64,000 bases of DNA from an uncultured Clostridia bacterium (GCA_964545975.1 CAZJHY010000001.1:24094-88093), one strand, 5' to 3'. Positions 18,876 through 27,513 are shown, numbered from the stretch's first letter. The notes: a model not told the origin generated them from the sequence alone. A program made the numbers and translations.

Positions 18876-20132
18876 ATGTTCTACGGACTGCCTTTCGACA
18901 ACCCCGAGTCCATTTATGGCAGGGATTACGTTCTGGGCACCTATTTCGTGACCGGCGTCACAGGAGACGATGCGCTTAATAAGCTGGGCATGTTTGCAGT
19001 CGGCCAGTCCACCGGCACGTGGATGCCGGTGCCCGGCATAACCAGGCAGATGGTGGAGGATCATCAGGGAAGAGTCGTCGGATGCTATCCGGTGCCCGCC
19101 CAGGAGCCCGGCGCCTACGTTCTTAGGGTGGCGTTTCCCTACAGCAACATAGGCGGGTCCATCTCGATGCTGCTTACCACGCTTGCGGGAAACGACGCTT
19201 CGACTGCGCTGTGCGCGAAGCTCATAGACGTGGAGCTTGTCGGCAAGGCGAAGTCGGCCTTCCACGGTCCGCACTTCGGAATAGACGGGGTGAGGAAGCT
19301 CACGGGAGTCTACGACAGGCCCATAGTCATGAATATGATCAAGCCTTGCACGGGCTTTCCGGCTACGGCAGGGGCGGAGTTCTTCTACGCGTCCGGATCA
19401 GGCGGCGTAGACATAATAAAAGATGACGAGCTTATGGGCAACACCAGCTTCAATTCCGTCGCCGACAGGGTGAGGGAGTATGGTAAGGCTCAAGCGAGAA
19501 TCGGAGGAGAGAGGGGCAAGGCCCCTATATACCTTCCCAATGTGACCGACAGGCACGATAAAATGCGCGACAACATCAAGGCGGCGATAGACGGCGGAGC
19601 GAAGGGCGTCATGGTCAACTTCGTCTTCACCGGACTCGACAGCCTTGCCGCGCTTACATCGGAGTTCGGCGACAAGGTGATGTTCCTCGCTCATGCGGCA
19701 GGAGTTGGCGTCATGACCGGTTATCCGCAGGGCTTAAGCACCTCGCTTCTTCTAGGAAGGCTCGGAAGGCTGGCAGGCGCGGACGCGGTGGTCACCCTTT
19801 ATCCTCTCGGCATGGGAGGAGACGGCTTCCAGGAGCTTCAGATGACGGTGCAGAAGCACAGGCTGCCTCTGGGAGATGTCAAGCAAGCCTTGACCGTGGT
19901 CGGAGGAGGCGTCACGCCGCTTACCGTACCGTTTGCGGTGAAGAGCTTCGGCAAGGACATAATCATCGCCGTTGGCGGTGGCATCCAGGGCCACCCGGAC
20001 GGGGCGACGGCAGGCGCAAAGGCCATGATGGCTGCGGTGGATGCGACCATGAAGGGCGTAAGCCTGGAAGACGCGGTTAAGGACAGCCCGGAGCTCGGAA
20101 GGGCGATAACCAGATGGGGCAAGAAGGCTTAA
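18876..20132 (+). CDS. RuBisCO large-subunit-like protein (form IV RLP)
   Basis: 'GQSTGTWMPV' (RuBisCO STGTWTTVWT-like), 'MIKPCTGF' (KPK region, K175 equivalent kept, K177 changed to Cys), 'GGVDIIKDDE' (carbamyl-Lys/KDDE motif), 'AVGGGIQGHPDG' (loop-6/GGG region). 418 aa, no small subunit. AAGGAGG RBS. Confidence 0.8.
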   Translation: MFYGLPFDNPESIYGRDYVLGTYFVTGVTGDDALNKLGMFAVGQSTGTWMPVPGITRQMVEDHQGRVVGCYPVPAQEPGAYVLRVAFPYSNIGGSISMLLTTLAGNDASTALCAKLIDVELVGKAKSAFHGPHFGIDGVRKLTGVYDRPIVMNMIKPCTGFPATAGAEFFYASGSGGVDIIKDDELMGNTSFNSVADRVREYGKAQARIGGERGKAPIYLPNVTDRHDKMRDNIKAAIDGGAKGVMVNFVFTGLDSLAALTSEFGDKVMFLAHAAGVGVMTGYPQGLSTSLLLGRLGRLAGADAVVTLYPLGMGGDGFQELQMTVQKHRLPLGDVKQALTVVGGGVTPLTVPFAVKSFGKDIIIAVGGGIQGHPDGATAGAKAMMAAVDATMKGVSLEDAVKDSPELGRAITRWGKKA

Positions 20133-20169
20133 GGGCCGCCCGAATGATGACCGTATGGAGGTAAAGCAG

Positions 20170-20793
20170 ATGGAAGATCTTATCATGAGCATAAAAAGGG
20201 ACGTGGAGCTCGCCTGCAGGAGGGCGTACACGAGGGGAATACAGACCGGAAGCGGCGGAAACGTCAGCGCAAGGATACCGGGCACGGACCATATGATAGT
20301 GAAGCCAAGCAAGGTGTCGCTCATCGAATGCGACCCCGAGACGCTTATCATAACCGACTTCGACGGAAACTTGGTGCAGGGCTCTCTTCCTCCTACGAGG
20401 GAGGCGGTGCTTCACGGCTGGCTGTATAAGAAGTTCGGCAAGATCGGAGCGGTGGTTCACACCCATTCGCCCTGGGCTATATCCTGGTCCTTCACCAGGA
20501 GGGACCTTCCCAATATTACCATGCATACTCAGCTTAAGCTGGGATGCCCCATCCCGGTCAGGTTCTTCTCCAGCCCCAAGGGGGTTCTGAAGGAGGAGAT
20601 GCCAGAAGTCTACGGCCTTTTCGAGAAGGAACCGAACCTCGCCGCCTTCATACTCGGTGCGCACGGTGTGGTCGCAGTCGGCGACAATATCATAGAGGCC
20701 GAGCACACGGCGGAGCTCATAGAGGAGACGGCACAGATAGCATACCTGCACGAGATGGGATTGAAGCTCGGGATGTTCCCCGAGGGCAGATAA
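20170..20793 (+). CDS. Class II aldolase/adducin-family protein
   Basis: 'GIQTGSGGNVSARIPG', 'AVVHTHSPWAISWS'. ATG 20170 with GGAGG RBS preferred over 20155. Confidence 0.8.
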   Translation: MEDLIMSIKRDVELACRRAYTRGIQTGSGGNVSARIPGTDHMIVKPSKVSLIECDPETLIITDFDGNLVQGSLPPTREAVLHGWLYKKFGKIGAVVHTHSPWAISWSFTRRDLPNITMHTQLKLGCPIPVRFFSSPKGVLKEEMPEVYGLFEKEPNLAAFILGAHGVVAVGDNIIEAEHTAELIEETAQIAYLHEMGLKLGMFPEGR

Positions 20794-20822
20794 GACGAAG
20801 ACAATCCGAACGGAGTGATCAT

Positions 20823-21284
20823 ATGTACAGGAAGATGGTAATAGGCTGCGACGAGGCGGCCTGTGAGCTGAAAAACGCCCTTATCGAGGTCCTTAAGAAG
20901 AAGGGAATTGAGTATGAGGACGTCGGAGTGCCGGATGCAAGCGACAAGACCTATTATCCCCTGGTGGCAGAGAAGGTGGCCGAGGCGATAATAGAAAGCG
21001 GCTATGAGAAGCACGGGATGCTCCTCTGCGGAACGGGCATCGGCATGGCCATATCCGCGAACAAGCACCCCGGGGTATTTGCCGCTGTATGCCACGACCA
21101 GTATTCTACCGAGAGGGCGAAGCTGAGCAACAACTGCAACGTCATCTGCATGGGGGCAAGGGTCATAGGGCCAGAGCTTGCCAAGAAGAACCTGGAGCAA
21201 TGGCTTGAGCTGACGTTCAAGGACGGCTCCTCGACCCCTAAGGTGGAGGCTGTGAAGGATATCGAGAAGAGGCATATGAAATGA
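20823..21284 (+). CDS. RpiB/LacAB-family sugar-phosphate isomerase
   Basis: 'MKIGCDEAA', 'LLCGTGIGMAISANKHPGVFAA', 'NCNVICMGARVIG'. The upstream part of track ORF 20544 is an artefactual N-terminal extension. Confidence 0.8.
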   Translation: MYRKMVIGCDEAACELKNALIEVLKKKGIEYEDVGVPDASDKTYYPLVAEKVAEAIIESGYEKHGMLLCGTGIGMAISANKHPGVFAAVCHDQYSTERAKLSNNCNVICMGARVIGPELAKKNLEQWLELTFKDGSSTPKVEAVKDIEKRHMK

Positions 21285-22075
21285 GGAGCCCGCTTCTTGT
21301 CGGCACGAACCTCAAGATGTACAAGGGCGTGAAGGAGACGCTGGAGTTCCTTTCGCGCCTTGCGGGAAACGTCAGCCACATAGGCAGCGAAGACATGACG
21401 CTCTTCGTCATACCCTCCTACCTTGCCCTTCATGCGGCATGCGGGTCTGATGCGCACAGCAGGATACTCCTTGGCGCGCAGAATCTGCACTGGGAGGACT
21501 CCGGGCAGTTCACCGGTGAGATATCCCCCATGATGCTCAAGGAGATAGGCATAGATATCGCTGAGATCGGCCACTCGGAACGAAGGCAGCTTTTCGGTGA
21601 GACGGACGTGACAGTGGGGCTTAAGGCCAAGGCAGCGCTCAGGCACGGCATGAGGGCCCTGGTATGCATAGGGGAGACCGCAGACGACAAGGCGTCGGGC
21701 ATTACCTATGAGAAGCTGAGGATGCAGGTGAAGGTGGCCTTAAAGGGGATTTCTGCGGATGAGCTCGAGGGGCTTTGGGTAGCATACGAGCCGGTATGGG
21801 CCATCGGGATCCACGGGGTCCCGGCTGAGCCCGGATACGCCGAGAAGAGCCACAGGATGATAAAAGACGTGCTGGAAGAGCTTTACCCTAATAAGGGCGC
21901 AGGCGTTCCCGTGCTGTACGGCGGAAGCGTCAACATGGAAAACGCCATGGAGCTCATCGTCCAGCCGAGCATAGACGGCTTGTTCATAGGAAGGACCGCT
22001 TGGGACGCGGACAGGTTCGCGTCGCTGATCAAGGATGTCCTCCCCTTGTGGAAGGCCAAGGCTGAGAGAGAATAG
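21281..22075 (+). CDS. Triose-phosphate-isomerase (TIM) family protein, divergent paralogue, possibly a tetrulose-phosphate isomerase
   Basis: 'LVGTNLKMYKG', 'AQNLHWEDSGQFTGEISPMMLKEIG', 'IGHSERRQ', 'YEPVWAIG', 'YGGSV'. ATGA overlap with the upstream gene. Confidence 0.7.
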   Translation: MRSPLLVGTNLKMYKGVKETLEFLSRLAGNVSHIGSEDMTLFVIPSYLALHAACGSDAHSRILLGAQNLHWEDSGQFTGEISPMMLKEIGIDIAEIGHSERRQLFGETDVTVGLKAKAALRHGMRALVCIGETADDKASGITYEKLRMQVKVALKGISADELEGLWVAYEPVWAIGIHGVPAEPGYAEKSHRMIKDVLEELYPNKGAGVPVLYGGSVNMENAMELIVQPSIDGLFIGRTAWDADRFASLIKDVLPLWKAKAERE

Positions 22076-22104
22076 GGCAAGGCTTACGAAGGCGGTGTGA
22101 TGCA

Positions 22105-22776
22105 ATGGCGGACATGGTCATGGAGGCGAAAAGGCAGTTAATAGAGATCGGAAGGCAGATAGCTGCCAAGGGACTTGTGATAGGACCCGGCGGAAATACC
22201 AGCTTAAGGGCAGGCGCCCTCATGGTGATATCCGCCAGCGGCTCTTCATTCGAGTGCTCCGACGAGAGCGACTACGTCGCGATAGACATAGAGACAGGAA
22301 AACAGGCCGACGGCGGCAAGAGGCCGTCTTCCGAAGTGCTGATGCACCTTGAGTGCTACAGGAGGCGCCCGGATGTAAACGCTGTAGTCCATACCCATCC
22401 GACGTGGTCGACATCTGTAGCAAGCTCGGGCACCAAGATGCCCCCGATGTTCCCGGATTACGTCGTGTTCGTGGGCAAGCCCGCGACCCTGGATTACGTG
22501 ATACCGACGACGAAGCTTCTGGCCGATGCCGTGGCCGAAGTCATAGGGGAGCATAATGTGGTGCTCATGAGCAATCACGGGGTGCTTGCCGTCGCAGGCG
22601 ACCTCAAGATGGCGCTATTAAGGGTGGAGCTGGCAGAGGAGAACGCAAGGATGCTCGTGATAGCAAACTCCCTCGGCAAGCCGCGATCCCTTACGGATGC
22701 CGAAGTCCAGGCGATATTTGACCTGGAGAGCGAGAAGTACAGGCAGAGGCTTCTGAAAAACGAGGGCGGGAAGTAG
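22105..22776 (+). CDS. Class II aldolase/adducin-family protein
   Basis: 'GLVIGPGGNTSLRAG', 'AVVHTHPTWSTS', 'SNHGVLAVAGD'. Confidence 0.8.
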   Translation: MADMVMEAKRQLIEIGRQIAAKGLVIGPGGNTSLRAGALMVISASGSSFECSDESDYVAIDIETGKQADGGKRPSSEVLMHLECYRRRPDVNAVVHTHPTWSTSVASSGTKMPPMFPDYVVFVGKPATLDYVIPTTKLLADAVAEVIGEHNVVLMSNHGVLAVAGDLKMALLRVELAEENARMLVIANSLGKPRSLTDAEVQAIFDLESEKYRQRLLKNEGGK

Positions 22777-22798
22777 TCCTAAAAAGGAGGACGCACCA

Positions 22799-24271
22799 TT
22801 GTCCGACAGGCTTTTCATGGGGATAGACGTGGGCACGGGCGGAGCCAGGGTCATAGTCTGCGACGAGTACGGGTTGCCCCTGGCGGAAAGCTCGAGGCCG
22901 TTTGCCGCAGGTGCCGGCGCATCTGACATGCCCCAGGGCTGGCATCAGCAGTCGCCCGCAGCCTGGTGGGACGCGACTTCCGCATGTATAAGGCAGGTCA
23001 TGGGCTCACCCGGACTCGGCGGAAATCCTGGCAGGGTGTTCTCTGTTTCCGTCACATCCACATCAGGTACTGTGATCCCGCTTAGGGAGGATTGCGAACC
23101 GCTCTGGGATGCGGTCATGTACAACGACAGCAGGTCGTCCGCGCAGGCGGAAAGGGCGAACGAGGCGCTTAAGGAATTATGCGGGAAGCTCGCCTACAGG
23201 TTCGACACATCCTTCGGGCTTCCGAAGATGCTATGGTTCATGGACAGCAAGCCTGAGCTGTTCAGAAGGACCAGATTCTTCGTCCACGCTGGCGATTATA
23301 TTATCGGGAAGCTCTGCGGCTGCTTCGGTTTCACCGACTATTCCAACTCGCTGAAGTCTGGATACGACATCGATGAGCTGATATGGCCGAAGGAGATAGA
23401 GGAGAAACTGGGCGTCCCGGCGTCCAAACTGCCGGAAGTGCTCGCCCCGGGCACGGTAGTCGGGAAGGTCTGCGCCGCCTGCTCCGCAGAGACGGGCCTT
23501 CCGGAAAGCACCAACGTCGCGCTGGGCATGACGGACGGCTGCGCCTCGCAGATTGCATCGGGTGCCGCGTCCTTAGGCGACTGGAACACCACGATCGGCA
23601 CAACGCTTGTAATCAAGGGGGTCACCGAGAGGCTCCTCTTCGACCCGAAGGGAAGGATATACAGCCACAGGCATCCCGACGGGCACTGGATGCCAGGCGG
23701 GGCCAGCAACGTCGGCGGCGACTGCATAAGAAGCAACTTCCGCGACGATGAGCTGGATACGCTGAACGCGTCCGTGCGCCCTGAGAAGCCGACAGGCATG
23801 CTGGTGTACCCTCTGGAGAAGAAGGGCGAGAGGTTCCCGAACAGAGATCCTTTGGCAGAGGGGTTCATAATGGGAAGCCCATCAGGAAGGCCCGAGCTCT
23901 ATCAGGCCTACCTTGAGGGTGTTGCGCTGGTGGAGAAGATGTCATACGAGATGCTTCAGAGCTTGGGGGCGGCAATCGGTGACACGATCTTTGCGGCGGG
24001 AGGCGCCACGAAAAGCGAGCCATGGCTCAAGGTAAGGTCGAATATGCTCGACCGGCGCATTGCAGTCCCGGAGATTGCAGGAGGATTCATGGGAGCCGCC
24101 ATACTAGCAGCTTCCCTCTCCCATTGGGGCTCGCTCGGTGAGGCTGCCAAAAACATGGTAAAAATTTCCAAGACGATATGCCCGGACCCTGCCGCTGTCG
24201 ATGCCTATAAGGATAAGTACGGGCAGTTCATAAGAGAGATGGGAAGCAGGGGATATACCCTGGAGGGATGA
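22799..24271 (+). CDS. FGGY-family carbohydrate kinase
   Basis: 'FMGIDVGTGGARVIV' N-terminal actin-like motif; about 490 aa; TTG start with AAGGAGG RBS. Confidence 0.8.
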   Translation: MSDRLFMGIDVGTGGARVIVCDEYGLPLAESSRPFAAGAGASDMPQGWHQQSPAAWWDATSACIRQVMGSPGLGGNPGRVFSVSVTSTSGTVIPLREDCEPLWDAVMYNDSRSSAQAERANEALKELCGKLAYRFDTSFGLPKMLWFMDSKPELFRRTRFFVHAGDYIIGKLCGCFGFTDYSNSLKSGYDIDELIWPKEIEEKLGVPASKLPEVLAPGTVVGKVCAACSAETGLPESTNVALGMTDGCASQIASGAASLGDWNTTIGTTLVIKGVTERLLFDPKGRIYSHRHPDGHWMPGGASNVGGDCIRSNFRDDELDTLNASVRPEKPTGMLVYPLEKKGERFPNRDPLAEGFIMGSPSGRPELYQAYLEGVALVEKMSYEMLQSLGAAIGDTIFAAGGATKSEPWLKVRSNMLDRRIAVPEIAGGFMGAAILAASLSHWGSLGEAAKNMVKISKTICPDPAAVDAYKDKYGQFIREMGSRGYTLEG

Positions 24272-24275
24272 TGAT

Positions 24276-25673
24276 ATGAGCATTTACAAGGCCTGCGACA
24301 TAAGGGGAGTCTACCCTTCGTCGCTCGACGAGAAGACGTCATACGATATAGGAGCGGCTTTGGGGGAGATGCTCGGCCCTGTAAGCATGCTCGTCGCAGG
24401 CGACGTGAGGGTCAGCACGCCGCCTTTGAAGCAAAGCCTTATAAACGGCCTTGTGGACGCCGGATGCGAAGTAGTGGACATCGGCATGGCCCCGACCCCG
24501 GCCTTCTACTACGCGCTTCATAAGCTGGGCACCGAGTCGGGCGTGACGGTGACGGCATCCCATAATCCGGCCAAGTACAACGGCTTCAAGATAGCGCCGC
24601 ACGGGCAGCCCATGACTGAAGACGTGATGGACGACCTGAGGAAGATGGTCGAAGCTGGAGGATTCAAGCCATATGGGCAAGGGAGCGTAAGGAAGGCTGA
24701 GGTCATCGAGGATTACAAGAGATTCGTGCTTGATAAGATAGGAGAGCTAACGGGAACGAAGTGCAGCGCTCATGGTTCGAGTAATGCCCTCAAAGCCGTG
24801 GTGGACTGCGGCAACGGCTGCTACAGCACGATAGCCCCTGAAGTTCTAAGGCAAGCTGGCATCGCGGTTGAGGAGCTCTATTGCTGGGAGGATGGAACTT
24901 TCCCTAACAGGGAGCCAAACCCAGCTGTAGCTGAGAATCTCGAGGCTTTATGCGGCAAGGTCAGAGATACGGGGGCAGACCTTGGCATTGCCTTCGACGG
25001 GGACGGTGACAGGGTGGTCTTCGTGGACGAGCTGGGCAAAGTGGTCCCTAGCGACAATGCGATAGCACTTTTCGCCGGCTTCCTCCTTAAGAATCACCCC
25101 GGCTCGAAGGTGGTTTTCGACATCAAGTGCTCAAGCCTTGTGTCGGATTCGATCAAGGCGGCGGGCGGCATTCCAGTGATGGAGAAGTCAGGCCACGCTT
25201 ACATCAAGAACAACCTGCTGAGAAACGGCGCGGTTTTCGCAGGCGAGATCAGCGGGCACTTCTTCTTCCAGGTGCTCAAGGGGGATGACGGGCTGTTCGC
25301 GGCTCTTCTGATGGCCGAGATCATGATGTCGGAGGGCAGAAGCCTGGGGAAGATGGTGGAGTCGCAGCCGAAGTACTTCACTACAAGAGACTTCAGGATA
25401 CCGTTCTCGGGGAGCACGGCCGAGCTGTTCGGAAGGCTCAAAGCGCGCCTTGAGGCAAGCGGAGGCGCAAACCTGTCGTACCTGGACGGCATAAGGGCGG
25501 AGTTTTCTGAAGGCTGGGGGCTTATAAGGGCATCAGTCACTGAGCCACTGGTTACGCTGAGGTTCGAGGGGAAGTCGTTGGAGAGCCTTGATAGGATAAG
25601 GGATAGCTTCCTTGCTGCAGATGAGGACTTGCTTGATGCCGTAAGGGAGGTTTGGGCAAACCATCTTCCTTAG
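24276..25673 (+). CDS. Phosphohexomutase-family phosphomutase (PGM/PMM-like)
   Basis: Active-site 'VTASHNPAKYNGFK', metal loop 'FDGDGDR'. Confidence 0.8.
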   Translation: MSIYKACDIRGVYPSSLDEKTSYDIGAALGEMLGPVSMLVAGDVRVSTPPLKQSLINGLVDAGCEVVDIGMAPTPAFYYALHKLGTESGVTVTASHNPAKYNGFKIAPHGQPMTEDVMDDLRKMVEAGGFKPYGQGSVRKAEVIEDYKRFVLDKIGELTGTKCSAHGSSNALKAVVDCGNGCYSTIAPEVLRQAGIAVEELYCWEDGTFPNREPNPAVAENLEALCGKVRDTGADLGIAFDGDGDRVVFVDELGKVVPSDNAIALFAGFLLKNHPGSKVVFDIKCSSLVSDSIKAAGGIPVMEKSGHAYIKNNLLRNGAVFAGEISGHFFFQVLKGDDGLFAALLMAEIMMSEGRSLGKMVESQPKYFTTRDFRIPFSGSTAELFGRLKARLEASGGANLSYLDGIRAEFSEGWGLIRASVTEPLVTLRFEGKSLESLDRIRDSFLAADEDLLDAVREVWANHLP

Positions 25674-25685
25674 CCGAATGGACGT

Positions 25686-26372
25686 CTACTTCTCGGTGAA
25701 CTCCCTCATATAGCACTCGTATTTGCTGCAGTTCACCTGTATTCTCCTGTTTACGCTCCGGATGAATCCTTCGTTGGCAAGCTCGTTCATTAGCTTGCTT
25801 ACGGTCACCCTTGCAGCTCCTACGATGACTCCCAGCTCATAGTGCGTGTATCTCACCTTGAGCTCATACCAGCCGGGGTCGGCCTCGGCTTCCCTGTCGA
25901 CAGAGGAGCAGAGAAGCCTTGCTATCCTGTCCTTGCATGAGTTGAAGGTCAGGTTTTCAATCTCGAACCTGGTAATCAGGAGCTTCGTCGCCAGGCAACG
26001 GATGAATGCGTCCCTGAAGACAGCGCTGCTGTCCAGAAGCTGCCTCACCTTGTCCGGCGGTATCTTGCAAAGGACGACATCGGTCTCGGCTTGGGAGTAA
26101 AGTCCGGTCTTCCTTCCCAGGTAGAAGCCCATCTCACCGAAGAGCCAGCCCGGAGTGAGAGCATAGAGGACCTTTTCAAGCCCGTCCTCGTTCGCCATGA
26201 AATGCTTGGTCCTGCCCGACTTGATGTACAAGACGCCGCCGAAATCGCTCCCGGGCACAGAGAAGAGCGTCTTGGCAGGATAGGTAACCCTAATCGAGTT
26301 CTGCTCGATTATCTTCTCCAGTGCCTCGTTGTATGCATCGGGCATTAAGAGCCCCGTCTCCTCAAGGCGCAA
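25686..26372 (-). CDS. Crp/Fnr-family transcriptional regulator
   Basis: cNMP-binding beta-roll ('GWLFGEMGFY') and C-terminal HTH ('ELGVIVGAARVTVSKLMNELANEGFI'). Confidence 0.8.
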   Translation of the reverse strand: MRLEETGLLMPDAYNEALEKIIEQNSIRVTYPAKTLFSVPGSDFGGVLYIKSGRTKHFMANEDGLEKVLYALTPGWLFGEMGFYLGRKTGLYSQAETDVVLCKIPPDKVRQLLDSSAVFRDAFIRCLATKLLITRFEIENLTFNSCKDRIARLLCSSVDREAEADPGWYELKVRYTHYELGVIVGAARVTVSKLMNELANEGFIRSVNRRIQVNCSKYECYMREFTEK

Positions 26373-26496
26373 AATGAACCACCTCCTGCAACTTTCATTC
26401 TACCATCACTGGAGATCCTTTTCCCTCTGCCTTGAGTTGAGGTGAAAAAGGTTTCATTAGCAGCAATGATGCAGAGCTGTTCCGTATTGCCGCAAT

Positions 26497-26512
26497 TGTA
26501 ACAAAGTATACA
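26497..26512. promoter_or_regulatory. Candidate Crp/Fnr-family site TGTAA-N6-ATACA in the divergent intergenic region
   Basis: Near-palindrome (4/5 matching arms) about 90 bp upstream of the DapA-family gene. Confidence 0.25.
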
Positions 26513-26598
26513 AATCCTATTCATATACTGAAATACTTTGAGCTTCGTCCTATATTTGAATCGGAGGCCATTAATCTTCCCGCATAAGGAGGGATATC

Positions 26599-27513
26599 TT
26601 GATAAAACCTACCGGCTCATGGGTGGCGATGCCGACCCCTTTCAATCAGGATGAAACCATCGACTTCGGTGGATTCAAGACGCTCATCGACAGGCAGATA
26701 GAGTACGGGACCTCTTTATTGTTCGTGCTCGGATCGTGCGGAGAGACCACGCTTCTTACGATTGATGAGAAGAAGCAGATAGTCAAGCAGGTCGTAGCGA
26801 TGACCAAGGGGCGCATTCCGGTGTTCTTCAACGCATCCGCCCCCACTACGGCCCAGAGCGTAGAGTTTGCCAAGTTCTGCGAGGCGGAGCACGCCGACGG
26901 TGTGATATTCACCGTGCCGCCATATGTGCTCATACCGCAGAATGCGGTATATGAGCACCTCAACACGTGCATGTCAGCGACCGGCCTTCCCTGCGGAATC
27001 TACAACAACCCTTCCAGGGTGGGCGTGCACATCGAACCTGAGACGATAGCGAAGCTTTCGGCCAACAATCCCAACTTCATAGTGGACAAGGAAGCCATGC
27101 CCAGCGTAAAGCAGCTTGTGGAAGTCAAGCGCAAGTGCGGCGACAACATCAACATACTCTGCTGCGACTTCCCTAACTACTCCATAGTGCTTCCAACACT
27201 AGCAATAGGTGGAAACGGAACCGCGAACATAGGAGGAAACGTCATACCTGAGGAGATGGCCGCAATCTCCAGGCCGTGGGACAGCATCGAGAAGATGTTT
27301 GAGGCGCGCGAGCTGTACTTCAAGTATTTCCCCGTCCTTCAGGGCCTGTATATGTTCTCGAACCCCATCGTGGTCAAGGCGGCCATGAAGATGCTCGGCC
27401 TTCCCGGCGGGCCGCTCAGGAAGCCCTACCTAGAGCTCTCAGGGCAGAAGTACGACGAGTTCGAGGCGCTCCTCAAGGAAATGGGCATAGTCGAGAAATA
27501 TGGCGTCAAGTAA
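26599..27513 (+). CDS. DapA/NAL-family class I aldolase/lyase (second copy)
   Basis: 'VAMPTPFNQDETID', 'FVLGSCGETTLL', 'GIYNNPSRVG'. TTG start with AAGGAGGG RBS. Confidence 0.75.
   Translation: MIKPTGSWVAMPTPFNQDETIDFGGFKTLIDRQIEYGTSLLFVLGSCGETTLLTIDEKKQIVKQVVAMTKGRIPVFFNASAPTTAQSVEFAKFCEAEHADGVIFTVPPYVLIPQNAVYEHLNTCMSATGLPCGIYNNPSRVGVHIEPETIAKLSANNPNFIVDKEAMPSVKQLVEVKRKCGDNINILCCDFPNYSIVLPTLAIGGNGTANIGGNVIPEEMAAISRPWDSIEKMFEARELYFKYFPVLQGLYMFSNPIVVKAAMKMLGLPGGPLRKPYLELSGQKYDEFEALLKEMGIVEKYGVK

Noticed and set aside
18876-20132. Possibility that the RLP is a methionine-salvage MtnW/DeepYkr-type enzyme
   Set aside because: No MtnA, MtnK, MtnP, MtnD or MtnX homologues in the window, and the context is a sugar ABC transporter with FGGY kinase and tetrose-phosphate isomerases. 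Not fully excluded, because class II aldolases (MtnB-like fold) are present.
20544-20822. N-terminal 93 codons of track ORF 20544-21284
   Set aside because: Arg/Gly-rich out-of-frame read-through of the aldolase gene. The RpiB homology starts at ATG 20823.
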